This document shows positions 12,647 to 23,844 of a DNA stretch of 34,052 nucleotides, piece by piece. Each line of letters starts with the position of its first letter. The stretch's first letter is position 1. A program made the translations under genes and the position numbers. The notes under the pieces are model-generated. The model did not search any database. It saw only the letters and a program-made list of their open reading frames with translations, and was not told where the DNA came from. The DNA comes from Chiloscyllium plagiosum. Lineage: Eukaryota. The DNA lies in contig NC_057720.1 in the NCBI RefSeq assembly GCF_004010195.1, forward strand, positions 9,930,385 through 9,964,436, given 5' to 3'.

Positions 12647-13042
12647 GCTGACAAACGTCTCTGTGCAGAAATGTTTCCTCATGTCAGTGCTAAAATACCA
12701 ACCTATGTCCTGAGACAGGGCCACTGCCAGTGTTTATGAAGCATTTCAGATTCTGCTCAGGCTGTTTTTCATCTTCAGGGCTCAATATTGAGTTCAACAA
12801 ACTTCTTCCATTTTGATTCCACCATCAACCCCACCACCCCCTGCCCCCACCCATGCCTTGTTTCCAATGTAGCTCTGACCTGCAATCTCCCATTAACATC
12901 TATGCTGGATTTAATTCACTTCTTTGCAACTGTTGCTATTCTCTTTCCCTTTTGCCAAGTGACACCTGTGATCCTCTCATCCCACTCACAATCTAACCGT
13001 CCCCATCACCCCCACCGGCTCATCACCTTTTCTGTAGTCCAA

Positions 13043-13158
13043 AGGCAATTGTGGCACAGTGGTAGTGCCCCTATCCCTTAGACAGACAACCCGGGATGAA
13101 GTCCCCGCGTACTCCAAAATTGTGAAATAATATCTCTGAGCCGGTTGATTAAAAATGT
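13043..13158 (+). mobile_element. Short degenerate tRNA-derived SINE
   Basis: A-box-like GTGGCACAGTGG and B-box-like CCGGGATGAAGTCCC; ends GGTTGATTAAAAAT. Confidence 0.45.
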
Positions 13159-13206
13159 CTACAATCTATCACTTTTCCTCACCACTTCAGTTCTGAAAGT
13201 GAGTGA

Positions 13207-13492
13207 TCATAGAATCCCGACAGTGTGAAAGTAGGCCATTCAACCCATCAAATCCATGCTGACCTTCCAAACAGCATCCCACCCAGATCCAACCATGTAC
13301 CCTGTTCCTGTAACCCTGCATTTCCCGTAGCCAACGTACCTAACCTGCACATCTCCGGACTGTGGGAGGAAACCAGAGCACCCGGAGGAAACCCACGCAG
13401 ACTCAGGAAGAATGTGCAAATTCCACACAGACAGACGCCCGAGGTGTCTGGTGCTATGAGGCAACAGTGCTAACCACTGAGCCACTCCATCC
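13207..13492 (-). mobile_element. HE1-like V-SINE
   Basis: Reverse complement reads GTGGCTCAGTGGTTAGCACTGTTGCCTCA...GGGTTTCCTCCGGGTGCTCTGGTTTCCTCCCACAGTCC (V-domain), followed by a CR1-like tail. Confidence 0.88.
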
Positions 13493-14245
13493 AATTATGT
13501 TGGACCCGAAACATTAACTTTGTTTCTCGCACTACCAACCTGCTGCGTTTCTTTGGCGCTTTCTATTAGACTAGGACCCCTGTATTCTAGACTCTCCAAT
13601 GACGGGAAAATGTCTCTCTGTACCAACCCTGAAAAGCATCTAAGAATTTTATATATTTCAATAAGATCACATCCCATCCTCCTGCACTCCAAAGAATATT
13701 GGTTCAATCTACTGGTCCTATACACCGAAAGACTAATGCCATTAAATTAGAAGATGGCTGATCTCTACCTCAATCCTATTTACCAACTTTACCCTCTACA
13801 CCTTGACTCACCTCCCAAACATCAACCCAGGGTCTCAATATTAAAGTTTCAATTAACCTGTGGTATCCACAATCTTTAGCAGAGGAAAGGTTAAGACTCT
13901 CTTAACTCCTTGAGCAAAGAATTACACTTTGGTTTTATTCCTGAATAACTAAATATTAATTGCATGCATTTAAACTCCAAGGAGGAACCAGTGCTGACGA
14001 CTTCATAATGCAAAAGGTGAATTGGACTTTCTCATCAGTTGACATTAAAAATGGTCCAAGCTTGCCAAAGTTTGCACAGGGAAATTATGCATTGAGATAT
14101 TCCTTCCACTTGTGAAATATTTCACCTAGTTGCTTTCATTGTTAATGTCCTTGTCACCTGTTCACATACAAGAGTTTGGATTATGAAACGTTTCAGTACC
14201 TGTTCCCAGCACTGAGGAACATTTTCTCAGTAATACCAATTACAT

Positions 14246-14264
14246 TGCCACCATCTAGTGGCCA
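14246..14264 (-). promoter_or_regulatory. Candidate CTCF binding motif
   Basis: Minus strand TGGCCACTAGATGGTGGCA closely follows the vertebrate CTCF core CCASYAGRKGGC (GGT in place of GGC) and lies in non-repeat sequence. Confidence 0.45.
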
Positions 14265-14852
14265 AACCGAGGGTGAACACTCGAAGCTAAGCCTCCGAAG
14301 AAGCAGCCAAGTGTATATCACTTTGTGATTCTGTTTTGAAACACATTTCATCAAGAGTTATCAACGACAGAGTGAAAAATTCAGGCCACGGTCTATTAGC
14401 GAGAAAAGCACAAGATGTCAACGTCTGAACTGCCTGATGCCTGTCTCTCTGTGAGTGGACGTCACGCTGGAATAACCCAGTCATTCGTGTTTTCAGTTAA
14501 ACCTCTCCTCCTTACGGAGAGTCGTTCCTTCTCCTAGTGGGCTAGTCAACCCCATTTTTGGGTGTTGTTATTAATATTGTACTAAAGAAGAGTGGGGCAC
14601 TTGCCTCTCAGTATCCCTGTAGTGTCTTTCCTTCGCCCAGAGTGTGTTGGTGATCTGAAACTCACTGCCTGAAATGACAGCAAGTGCAGAAACCCTCATC
14701 ACATTTACAAAGTAATTGAATATAAAACCAAAGTGCTGTAACCTGCAGGATATGGGTCAAGGAGTGGGATTAGACTGAATGGCTACTTGTTCGTGGTGTG
14801 AACATAAAGGGTGAAATGGCCTCCTTCTATGCTGTAAATGTCTATGACTATA

Positions 14853-15444
14853 TGTGACGATGCTGTCACTTTAACAAGGTTATTTTGTCCTTAGGCTTTC
14901 TTTAAGAGATGTTCTGAAGGCAGAGGTGCTGAGGGGTCTGGAGACAGCCTAATTTAATAAAGGCAGGGGAGCGGCCAGTTCCCCTAGTTCTTATTAATTT
15001 GGATTTAACTGTAGCAGTCACAAGATGCTGGAGTCCAAGAAAGATTGCAAGCTTCAGTGAATGATTCCTGACTGACTTTTCTCACTGAAATCTCTCTAGA
15101 TGTTGCTCCTTCCTGCCTGTAAGAATCTGTGTGTGAATATACCTTTTTGCCAAAGGGGTGTATTTATGGGATATTACTGGATGGGGACAGTTAACTAGTT
15201 ATGATGCTGTATTGGTTTGGTTACGTTTTCCAATAGTTAAGATTTTGTAAATTCCATTTTCTTTTGTTCATGTTTCAACTGCAGCGTTTCAATCAATTCT
15301 GTTTTGCTTAAAGCCGAGTGGTGGTTTGACCAGCTACATCTCTCCTGGGATATCCACTTCCCACCTGTCTGTAAAATAAGAAAAAGTTAGGGTCTGGGCT
15401 ACCTTCCTGAAATATTTTGAGGGGGTCTGGCTTATTCTATAACA
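14853..15444 (+). mobile_element. Probable solo LTR (~590 bp) inserted in a CR1 tail
   Basis: Begins TGT and ends ACA, is non-coding, and splits the CTATGACTATA / TTTGTGATTCTAT tail of the CR1 remnant starting about 14625. No clean TSD. Confidence 0.45.
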
Positions 15445-16136
15445 TTTGTGATTCTATCACCAAAACAGACTATCTGGTTATTTCTCTCATGTTGTTCGTG
15501 GGATCTTACTTTGCATAACTGACATCAAAAATACCTTCAGTGCCAAAAGACCATAAGAAACAGGAACTGGAGAAAGCCATTCAGCCCCTTGAGCCTGCTC
15601 ATGATTGATCCAACATTCCTCACGTCCTCTTCCCTGCCTTTCACCCATAACCTTTGATTCCCTTACAGATGAAGAATTGAATTGAATTGAATTGAATCGT
15701 TTATTGTCACGAGTAGTCAATATAAAATATAGTGAAAATGTGCACATGATGATTCTGCCCCCACAGATCTCTGTGGCAAGGAGATCCATTCACCTTCCCC
15801 ATGGAATGGTGGCCTTTTCCAAGGGGATTGGAGTACAAGAGTTGGGAAGTCTTAGCAAATGTGCAAAGTGCTAGGTGAGACCGCTTCCAGAGTCCTGTGA
15901 GCAGATTTGGTCTCCTGATTTCAGGAAAGATATTGTTTCAAAAAGCCTTTTATTTACAAAAACCCAGTGAACGTTCAAGGTTCTACGTAACAGCTTGCAC
16001 ATCTTTCCTTTCTTCTTGTTTTTACTGGATGGGAACTGAGTGCTGGCCAATCACCCTGGAATGAATTTTTTTAAACATGCAATTTCTGTTTATTGTTTTT
16101 ATCAAAAGCTAAAATGGCCTTTATGTTTTCTGACAT

Positions 16137-16750
16137 CTAGGATTGTTCAGTAGACAAGCGGAAGGCTGGGAGTGGGGGGAGCTGTAGGTAAAGTGGGTGG
16201 CGGGGGCAGGATGGTGAGGTAGGGATAGGTGAACACGGGTCGTGGGTACACTCTGGTTGGTCAATGGGAGGAATGAATCCTTTGGTGGCTGGAAGGAAGG
16301 GTCGATGAGAGGAATGGAAGGATGAGGAGGGGCTGGGAAGGGAGTCGGGGGATGGGAAAGGGAGGCTATTTGAAATTGGAGAACTCAATGTTAAGTCCTC
16401 CGGGCTGTAGGCTGCCCAGGAGGAAGGTGAGGTGTTGTTCCTCCAAGTTGTGGTCTGATTCGCTATGGCAATGGAGGAGGCCAAGGAGGGTCATGTCCGA
16501 AAGGGAGTGGGAGGGGGTGTTGACTGGGAGGTCAGGTTGGCCCCTGTGGGCCCAGCACAGCTGCTTGGTGAAATGTTCCCTTAGTTTACATTTGGTCTCC
16601 CCGATGTAGAGAAGACCACATCAGCAGCACCAGATACAGTAAGCTTGGTTGGAGGAGAGGTAGGTGAATCTCTGTCTCACCTGGAAGAAATATTTGGGGC
16701 CTGGATGGAGGTGAGGGGGATGGTGTGCCAGCAGGTTTGCATCTTTTACA
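16137..16750 (-). mobile_element. PLE fragment: degenerate GIY-YIG endonuclease plus C-rich 3' UTR
   Basis: My minus-strand translation: FQVRQRFTYLSSNQAYCIWCC*CGLLYIGETKCKLREHFTKQL...PSHSLSDMTLLGLLHCHSESDHNLEEQHLTFLLGSLQPGGLNIEFSNFK* (stop at 16366-16368). Confidence 0.88.
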
Positions 16751-16869
16751 GTTGCTCAGCATTCAGATATGATGCCCCTAGCAACAGTGACCAAACTTGA
16801 AAACAATAATCTATTGATTGTGAAGAACTGACCGTACGTCAGTAACTAGGGATCACAATTTCAACATTG

Positions 16870-17062
16870 TCAGCAAGAGGGCTGGGAATGAGATGAGGAG
16901 AAACTTCCTTTTCCCAGAGAGTTGTTAGGATTTGGAATATGCTGGGTGGGAGAGGGGTAGAAGCAGAATCCATTGGCACTAGCTAGGTAGCTGTTGCAGG
17001 AGTCGGTACAGACATGATGGGTCGAATAGCCTCCTTCTGTTCTGTGAAATTCTATAATTCTA
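16870..17062 (+). mobile_element. Degenerate CR1 3' tail
   Basis: GAGATGAGGAGAAACTTCCTTTTCCCAGAGAGTTGTTAGGATTTGGAAT...GGGTCGAATAGCCTCCTTCTG...TTCTATAATTCTA. Confidence 0.7.
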
Positions 17063-17589
17063 ATTTCAGGACTTGAGGAGATGTCATCATAGTGTATTGT
17101 AAATATTGTAACTATCATGTCTTTTTGTTTTCATACTTTTTAATTGTGGATCAAAATGAAAAAAATAACTGTTTTAAAACCAGGGAGGGCAAGGATTGTT
17201 GCATGATCTGAAAGCAAGTAATGTGATACTCATTGTGAACACTATTTACACAGCTGCTGGTTACAGCGTGTTTGCAGACAAACTGGAAACAAACGGTTGT
17301 GTACAAATGGAGCTCTGGTGGCAACAACACGCAGAATGGTTTATGGACTAGAGACCACTTACGAATTGCTGCCAACAATTATGTGATTGGTTCTGAGATA
17401 GCTGAACAGCTTATGGCTGTGAACAAGATAGAAAGAAGCCCTTCAAACCAGCACCAGCTTAGGGGCTCTCTTGCTGTTCTCTGCAGTAAACCACTTTATG
17501 CCTGTTAAACAAAATTAACTTTCCTACAGCTGTTGCTGGAAGCTGTGAGCTTTAATGGGCAATCAGATAGCTTTGAAGAGTGAACCAAC

Positions 17590-17683
17590 CCTGGTGTGCC
17601 TGTTGAAAACCAGTGGAAGGATCTGGTGAAAGGAAGACCGAGTACCAGCACTCTGATCCACACAAGAACCAGCATAACAGACC
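17590..17683 (-). CDS. Candidate 94-bp internal exon (unrecognised)
   Basis: Acceptor gtttttgttcacAG and donor CAGG|GTTGGT. Phase-0 translation GLLCWFLCGSECWYSVFLSPDPSTGFQQAHQ. Confidence 0.25.
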
Positions 17684-17814
17684 CTGTGAACAAAAACACC
17701 GAATTGCTCTCCCAGCTTTTCCCTCCATCCATGTCTTCCTTCCTGCCTCTCTGTGTGCAAGGGCAAGTTTATAAGAGGAGTCGATTTTAATTCGTAGAGT
17801 ATACCTGGCATAGA

Positions 17815-18628
17815 GGAAGATGGTCGTGGTTGTTGGAGGTCGGTCATCTCAGCTCCTGGACATCGCTGCAGGGTTCCTCAGGTTAGAGTCCTCGGCTCAA
17901 ACATCTTCAGCTACTTCATCAATGATCTTCCTTCCAACACAAGGACGGAAATGGGGATGTTTCCTGATGATTACACAATGTTCAGCACCATTCGCGACTC
18001 ATCGGGTACTGAAGCAGTCCATGTCCAAATGCAACAAGATCTGGACAATATCTAGGCTTGGGCTGACAAGTGGTATGTAATATTCATGCCATACAAATAC
18101 CAGGCTATGACCATCTCCAATAAGAGACAATATGGAATTGGAATTAGAATTAGATTTTATTGTCACGTGTACTGAAGTACAGGGATACAGTGAAAAGTGC
18201 ATAATGTCACTAGTCGAAGGTGCCACCTTAAAAGACAAAATGCAAAACTAGAGTTTACAGAAAGGAAAACAAATAAAAGAAACAGAGCCAAAAGAAAAAG
18301 AGAAAAAACTCCACATCTTAAAGTCCTTATCCCAAACAAAAGGAAAACTCCAGATCTTAAAGTTTATCTCCCTGGGCCTAGCCCTGGACTGTGGTTTTGG
18401 TCAATCTAACCATCACCCCTTGACAATTAATGATGTTACCATCACTGAATCCCCTACTATCAATATCTTGGTTGTTACCATTGACTAGAAGCTCAACTGG
18501 ACTCGAAACATTAACACTGTGGCTACAAGAGCAGGTTAGCTGCAGTGAGTAACTCATCTCCTGACTTCCCAGAGCCTATCCACTATCTACAAGGCACAAG
18601 TCAGGAATGAGATGGAATACTCCCCATT
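17815..18628 (+). mobile_element. Degenerate LINE reverse transcriptase (second family; CR1/L2-group, clade not resolved), with an insertion at about 18130-18402
   Basis: Decayed GVPQGSVLGP-IFS-FINDLP and GMF(A/P)DD motifs. Homologous to 27113-28155 on the opposite strand. Truncated by the gap. Confidence 0.8.
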
Positions 18629-19128
18629 NNNNNNNNNNNNNNNNNNNNNNNNNNNNNNNNNNNNNNNNNNNNNNNNNNNNNNNNNNNNNNNNNNNNNNNN
18701 NNNNNNNNNNNNNNNNNNNNNNNNNNNNNNNNNNNNNNNNNNNNNNNNNNNNNNNNNNNNNNNNNNNNNNNNNNNNNNNNNNNNNNNNNNNNNNNNNNNN
18801 NNNNNNNNNNNNNNNNNNNNNNNNNNNNNNNNNNNNNNNNNNNNNNNNNNNNNNNNNNNNNNNNNNNNNNNNNNNNNNNNNNNNNNNNNNNNNNNNNNNN
18901 NNNNNNNNNNNNNNNNNNNNNNNNNNNNNNNNNNNNNNNNNNNNNNNNNNNNNNNNNNNNNNNNNNNNNNNNNNNNNNNNNNNNNNNNNNNNNNNNNNNN
19001 NNNNNNNNNNNNNNNNNNNNNNNNNNNNNNNNNNNNNNNNNNNNNNNNNNNNNNNNNNNNNNNNNNNNNNNNNNNNNNNNNNNNNNNNNNNNNNNNNNNN
19101 NNNNNNNNNNNNNNNNNNNNNNNNNNNN
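18629..19128. other. Assembly gap (500 N)
   Basis: Run of N. Confidence 1.
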
Positions 19129-20087
19129 GCTGACTGGGTGTGTTTATTCAATGAAATCTCTCCTTGCCAATGGGCATTATTTCAAGGCATGCTCTGTCTG
19201 GACCATCTATGGTTTGATCTGGGAGGTAAATCTGTGTATGTTACGTAAATAACTATAGTTCAGAGAAGATGCCGCTTGCTGTCCAGTTCATAATCAAATG
19301 TTCATCTTCCATTTCTTGCTGAAGGTCAGTGGATGTTGCTTTTATTGAAGTGTACTGCAAGGCTTGCTTCTTTTACTTGCTTTGCTGTTCTGTCCTTCCA
19401 GTTTCCTTTGATGGGTTTACGTTTCATGATTGTGGTTTTTAAAGACATTTTGCTGAGTCTGGGCTTGTGTCTTAAGAAGTTCAAGCCTGAATTTGCAGGT
19501 TTCAGCCACTGGAGGGAATTCATATAACATAAGGAGCGATGGTGTCACAGGTGCAAAATTGATGGAAACAAGGTGATGGAACCAACCTGCCACTGTACAC
19601 AGGTAAGCTGCTCCTGGTTTTCGGCACTATTTAGTGCTTAAAACACCATTTTCCTTTTCAAACAGGAGGCCATATAGTTAAACTTAGACTGTTGGTCAGT
19701 TTGAGGGCTGGAAGGAAAAAAATAATGGTTGATTCTATTTTTAAAACTGTAAAAAAGCCTGTTGACAGCTGGATCGTAACTTTTACGGAAACAATGAGGT
19801 ATGGGTGTGATATGCAGTGGTATGGTAACAGGAGGAGGTGTATCAGAAGAATTTTTGGCACAAGTCCTAATTGTCAAAGATTAATCTTGGATGGCTGAAA
19901 GAGATCTGGTGCAGGAAGCAGCATAGGAGGTTGATATTGAGATGCATTTGAACATCATTCACTGACCTTGACCTCTTTGAAACTTTTTCTGCTTCTGTAT
20001 TCAAATACTCAGCAGCAGACTCCTGCCATTGATCTCCATGGTTATGAATGCTCACTCATTTTGCACTACAGTCTGAGTGCCCTCTGA

Positions 20088-21023
20088 TCATACAGTCATA
20101 GAGATGTACAACACAGAAACAGCCCTTTCAATCCAACCCGTCCATGCCGACCAGATATCCCAACCTAATCTAGTCCCACTTAGCCCATACCTCTCTACAC
20201 CCTTCTTACTCATACACCCACCCAGATGCCTTTTAAACGTTGTAATTGTACCAGCCTCCACCACTTCCTCTGGCAGCTTGTTCCTTACCCACACCACCCT
20301 TTGCTTGAAAATGTTGCCCCTTAGGTCTCTTTTATATCTTTCCCCTCTCACCCTAAACCTATGCTCTCTAGTTCTGGACACCCCTACCCCAGGAAAAAGA
20401 CCATGGCTATTTACCCTATCCATGCCCCTCATGATTTTATAAGGTCACCCCTCAGCCTCCGATACTCCAGGGAAAACAGCCCCAGCCTATTCCGCCTCTC
20501 CCTATAGCTCAAACCCTCTAACTCCGGCAACATCCTTGTAAATCTTTTCTGAACCCTTTCAAGTTTCACAACATCTTTCCGATAGAAGGGAGTCCAGAAT
20601 TGCATGTAATATTCCAAAAGTGGCCTAACCAATGTCCTCCCAAGTTCAACTCCTATACTCAATGCTCTTTCCAATAAAGAAAAGCATACCAAATGCCTTC
20701 TTCACTATCCTATCTATGTGAGACTCCACTTTCAAGGAACTATGAACCTGCACTCCAATGTCTGTTTGTTCAGCAACACTCCCCAGGACATTGTCTTTGA
20801 ATGTATATGTCCTGCTCTGATTTGCTTTTCCAAAATGCAGCACCTCACATTTATCTAGATTAAACTCCATCTGCCACTCCTCAGCCCATTGGCCCATCTG
20901 ATCAAGATCCCATTGTAATCTAAGGTAACCTCCTTCACTGTCTACTACACCTCCAATTTTGGTGTCATCTGCAAACTTACTAACTATACCTCCCATGTTC
21001 ACATCCAAATCATTTATATAAAT
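20088..21023 (-). mobile_element. CR1 (HER1-like) LINE: RT core through 3' tail, frameshifted
   Basis: ORFs SKFADDTKIGG...LQWDLDQMGQWAEEWQMEFNLDKCEVLHFG, LVRPLLEYYMQFW...LERVQKRFTRMLP and FKQRVVWVRNKLPEEVVEA. Confidence 0.95.
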
Positions 21024-21061
21024 ACCCTCTGTGGATAGCCAATCTCTGTCTTTTCACTCAC

Positions 21062-21187
21062 TGTACAAGGAAGTGTCCCTGAGGAGAATTGAGCCTCGTC
21101 TCTGTCCTGCTGCTCCAATGATATAATTTCTTTCTGCTCAGAATACCCATTCCAACCACTTCCAGCACTTGCTGAGATCACAATGTC
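21062..21187 (-). CDS. Candidate 126-bp symmetric exon (DIVISASAGSGWNGYSEQKEIISLEQQDRDEAQFSSGTLPCT; unrecognised)
   Basis: Acceptor cttttaaaatacAG and donor ACA|GTGAGT. Length is divisible by 3 and only phase 0 is stop-free. Confidence 0.3.
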
Positions 21188-21333
21188 CTGTATTTTAAAA
21201 GACCCAGGCTGGCTTTGCAGAGTTCGGATGAGTTTTAACTGAGTCGAGCCTTGCATGAACCTCATCCCTGTTCTGAGCATGAGGCCCTTCACCTGAGTGT
21301 TAGCACCGAAGATGAGTTAGCAACACAAAGTTT

Positions 21334-21526
21334 TGAAGTGGAGGTGCCGGTGTTGGACTGAGGTGGACAAAGTCAGAAGTCACATGAGACCAAGTTGTAG
21401 TCCAAAGGGGTTCATTTGAAATCATAACATTTTGGGGGACTGCCCCTTTGGGTGAAGTGACGAAGCTGCAGTGCTCCAAAAACGTATGATTTCAATAAAC
21501 CTGGTGTTGTGTGACTCCCGATTTTG
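21334..21526. mobile_element. Inverted pair of family B pLTRs, degenerate
   Basis: A minus copy (GGAGGTGCCGGTGTTGGACTG...) is followed by a plus copy (GTGACGAAG...AATAAACCTGGTGTTGTGTGA). Flanked by AACACAAAGTTT (21322-21333) and AACAAAAAGTTT (21527-21538). Confidence 0.75.
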
Positions 21527-22127
21527 AACAAAAAGTTTGCGAGCTGCCTGCCTCACTTCAGGGAATATCACACTCCTGGGCCTATTAATGGGCCATCTCA
21601 ATTTTTTCCAATAAAGTCCTGTTTCATATCTGCCTTGAAGTAACTATGCAGATATGTCTGACAAAAGACATTTCAATTTAATTCACCTTTATGCCATTTT
21701 GATCTTTTAAATAATCAATTATAAACATCTCTAATATTTCATTGTCCATCCTGCCCTCGAACACTCAACCCTGATGTTGTTTTCCATAACCTTTCTATCA
21801 CAAAGGTACAATGTAGGAATTTAAATGAGCAATGAAACTTCCAGAAAGTGATAGCTGCTGTTGTGGCTCCCATCTCGTTCAGTTATAACTCTTTTCGAAC
21901 ATTGGTGTTCAAGTATGGGTGATGAATTTTTATTTGAGTTTAGCCAGCACTGGACATCAAAGCAGCGTGTTACAGACAGATGGTCTCATGAGAAACATTT
22001 TCTTTCAAGACAGGTTGCCCTGTAATGAGGTTAATGGGGCCACAGCCCACATAGATGCTTGTAGATTTTGATGACTTCATGAGTTCAGTCGGATATTTAG
22101 GATATTTTGCCATTGATACTTCTACAT

Positions 22128-23476
22128 TTTAATTTAGATAAATGTGATTTGCTACATTTTACAAAGGCAAATACAGACATGACATATACACTTAATGGTA
22201 AGGTCCTGGGGAGTGTTGCTGAACTAAGAGACCTTGGAGTGCAGGTTCTTGGTTCCTTGAAAGTGGAGTCGCAGGTAGATATGATAGTCAACCTTCTAGT
22301 TGCCAGCCATTTCAACTCCCCTTCCCACTCCCTCAGAAACATGTCCATCCTGGGCCTCCTCCACTGCCAAAATGGAAGCCACAAGCAACCTGGAGTAACA
22401 ACATTTTATATTCCTACAACCCAATAGCCTCGACATAGAGTTCACCAGCTTCAAACTTTCCTCACCCCAGCTTCATCCGTGCCTACCTGACCTGCCTTGA
22501 CCTGCCCACCCTCCTATACACCTATCTGCCCCACCCTTCCCCACTGACCAATCACCATAACCCCCTATCTGCATCCACCTATCACCATCCCACCCAGTCT
22601 TTCCCCAGACCCGGCCCCATTTATTTCTGGGCTCCCAAACCCCCTCTGAACCCGTGATCCCAGTCCTGACAAAGGGTTTGGGCCAGAAAAGTTGACTTTC
22701 CTGCTCCTCCAATGCTGCTGTGCTCTTCCAGCTCCAGATTGTATTAATAGTAAAGAAGGCATTTGGTATGCTTGCCTTCATTGATCAGTGCATTGAGGAT
22801 AGGAGTTGGGAGGTCATGTTGTAGCTGTACAGGATATTAGTAAGGACACATTTGGAATACTGTGTCCACTTCTGGTCTCCCTCCTACAGGAATAATGTTG
22901 TGAAACTTGAAAGGGTTCAGAAAAGATTTACAAGGATGTTGCCAGGGTTGAAGGGAAAGGCTGAATAGGCTGCGGCTGTTTTCCCTGGAGCGTCAGAGGC
23001 TGAGGGGTGACCTTATAGAGGTTTATAAAATCATGAGGGGCATGGATAGGATAAATAGACAAGGTATTTTCCCTGGGGTGGGGGGAGTAGAGAACTATCG
23101 GGCATAGATTTAGGGTGAGGGGGAAAAGGGGCCTGAGGGGCAACGTTTTCATGCAGAGGGTAGTGCATATATGGAAGGAGCTGCCAGAGGAGGCTGGTAC
23201 TATTACAAAATGCATCGGGCATAGATTTAGGGTGAGGGGGAAAAGGGGCCTGAGGGGCAACGTTTTCATGCAGAGGGTAGTGCATGTATGGAAGGAGCTG
23301 CCAGAGGAGGCTGGTACTATCACAAAATGCATCTGGGTGGATACATGAATAGGAAGGGTTTAGAGGGATACGGAGCAAAAGCTGACAAATGGAACTCGAT
23401 TACTTTAGGATATCTGGTTTGCAGGGACAAGTTGGACCGAAGGGTCTGTTTCCGTGCTGTCATCTCTATGACTCTA
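22128..23476 (+). mobile_element. CR1 (HER1-like) LINE 3' part with a nested PLE and a 117-bp tandem duplication
   Basis: FNLDKCDLLHF...DLGVQV...SLKVESQVD, resuming at about 22745 (KKAFGMLAF) and ending in the CTCTATGACTCTA tail. Confidence 0.92.
22289..22742 (+). mobile_element. PLE 3' fragment (GIY-YIG C-terminus, C-rich UTR, family A pLTR)
   Basis: VASHFNSPSHSLRNMSILGLLHCQN...QPNSLDIEFTSFK, followed by AGTCCTGACAAAGGG...GAAAAGTTGACT...CTGCTGTGCTCTTCCAGC. Confidence 0.88.
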
Positions 23477-23844
23477 TTTTTGCTTTCAGTGGGTTCAGAA
23501 ACCAGTTGTTAATTGTTGGCAGCATCTAAAGACTGGAACACATCATTAGGTACAAGCATAATATTGAACTGGATCAATATTCAGTTGGGAACGAAATATT
23601 CAGTGGAATCAGGAGAAAAGGAGTAGTGGACAGCTTTGTTAGTGCAAGGTGGATTAGGTAAAATAGCAAGAGATGATCTTGGCTAGGAATCCGTTCAGAT
23701 GGTGGTAAGAAATGGAAAGGAAAAGATGACATTATCATGTGGGAAATGTGGGATTAGGCACAAGAAGAGGATTTAAAAGTCATTAAAATGGAAAAAAAGA
23801 CTGTAGAAAGCTAGAGGACAGAGCCCTCTTCCATGAATAACAAA

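Larger units (their letters stand above)
12765..13570 (+). mobile_element. Degenerate PLE 3' end (ORF end GLNIEFNK, C-rich UTR, pLTR) interrupted by two SINEs
   Basis: GGGCTCAATATTGAGTTCAAC matches the GIY-YIG C-terminal GLNIEF motif. The pLTR halves CAGTTCTGAAAG (about 13188) and GGACCCGAAACATTAAC...ACCTGCTG (about 13502) flank a SINE. Confidence 0.55.

Noticed and set aside
18576..19248. Three long ORFs
   Set aside because: Almost entirely X residues from the 500-N gap.
19549..19608. Strong plus-strand donor CAG|GTAAGC with an open peptide RCKIDGNKVMEPTCHCTQ
   Set aside because: No convincing polypyrimidine acceptor, partner exon or recognised homology.
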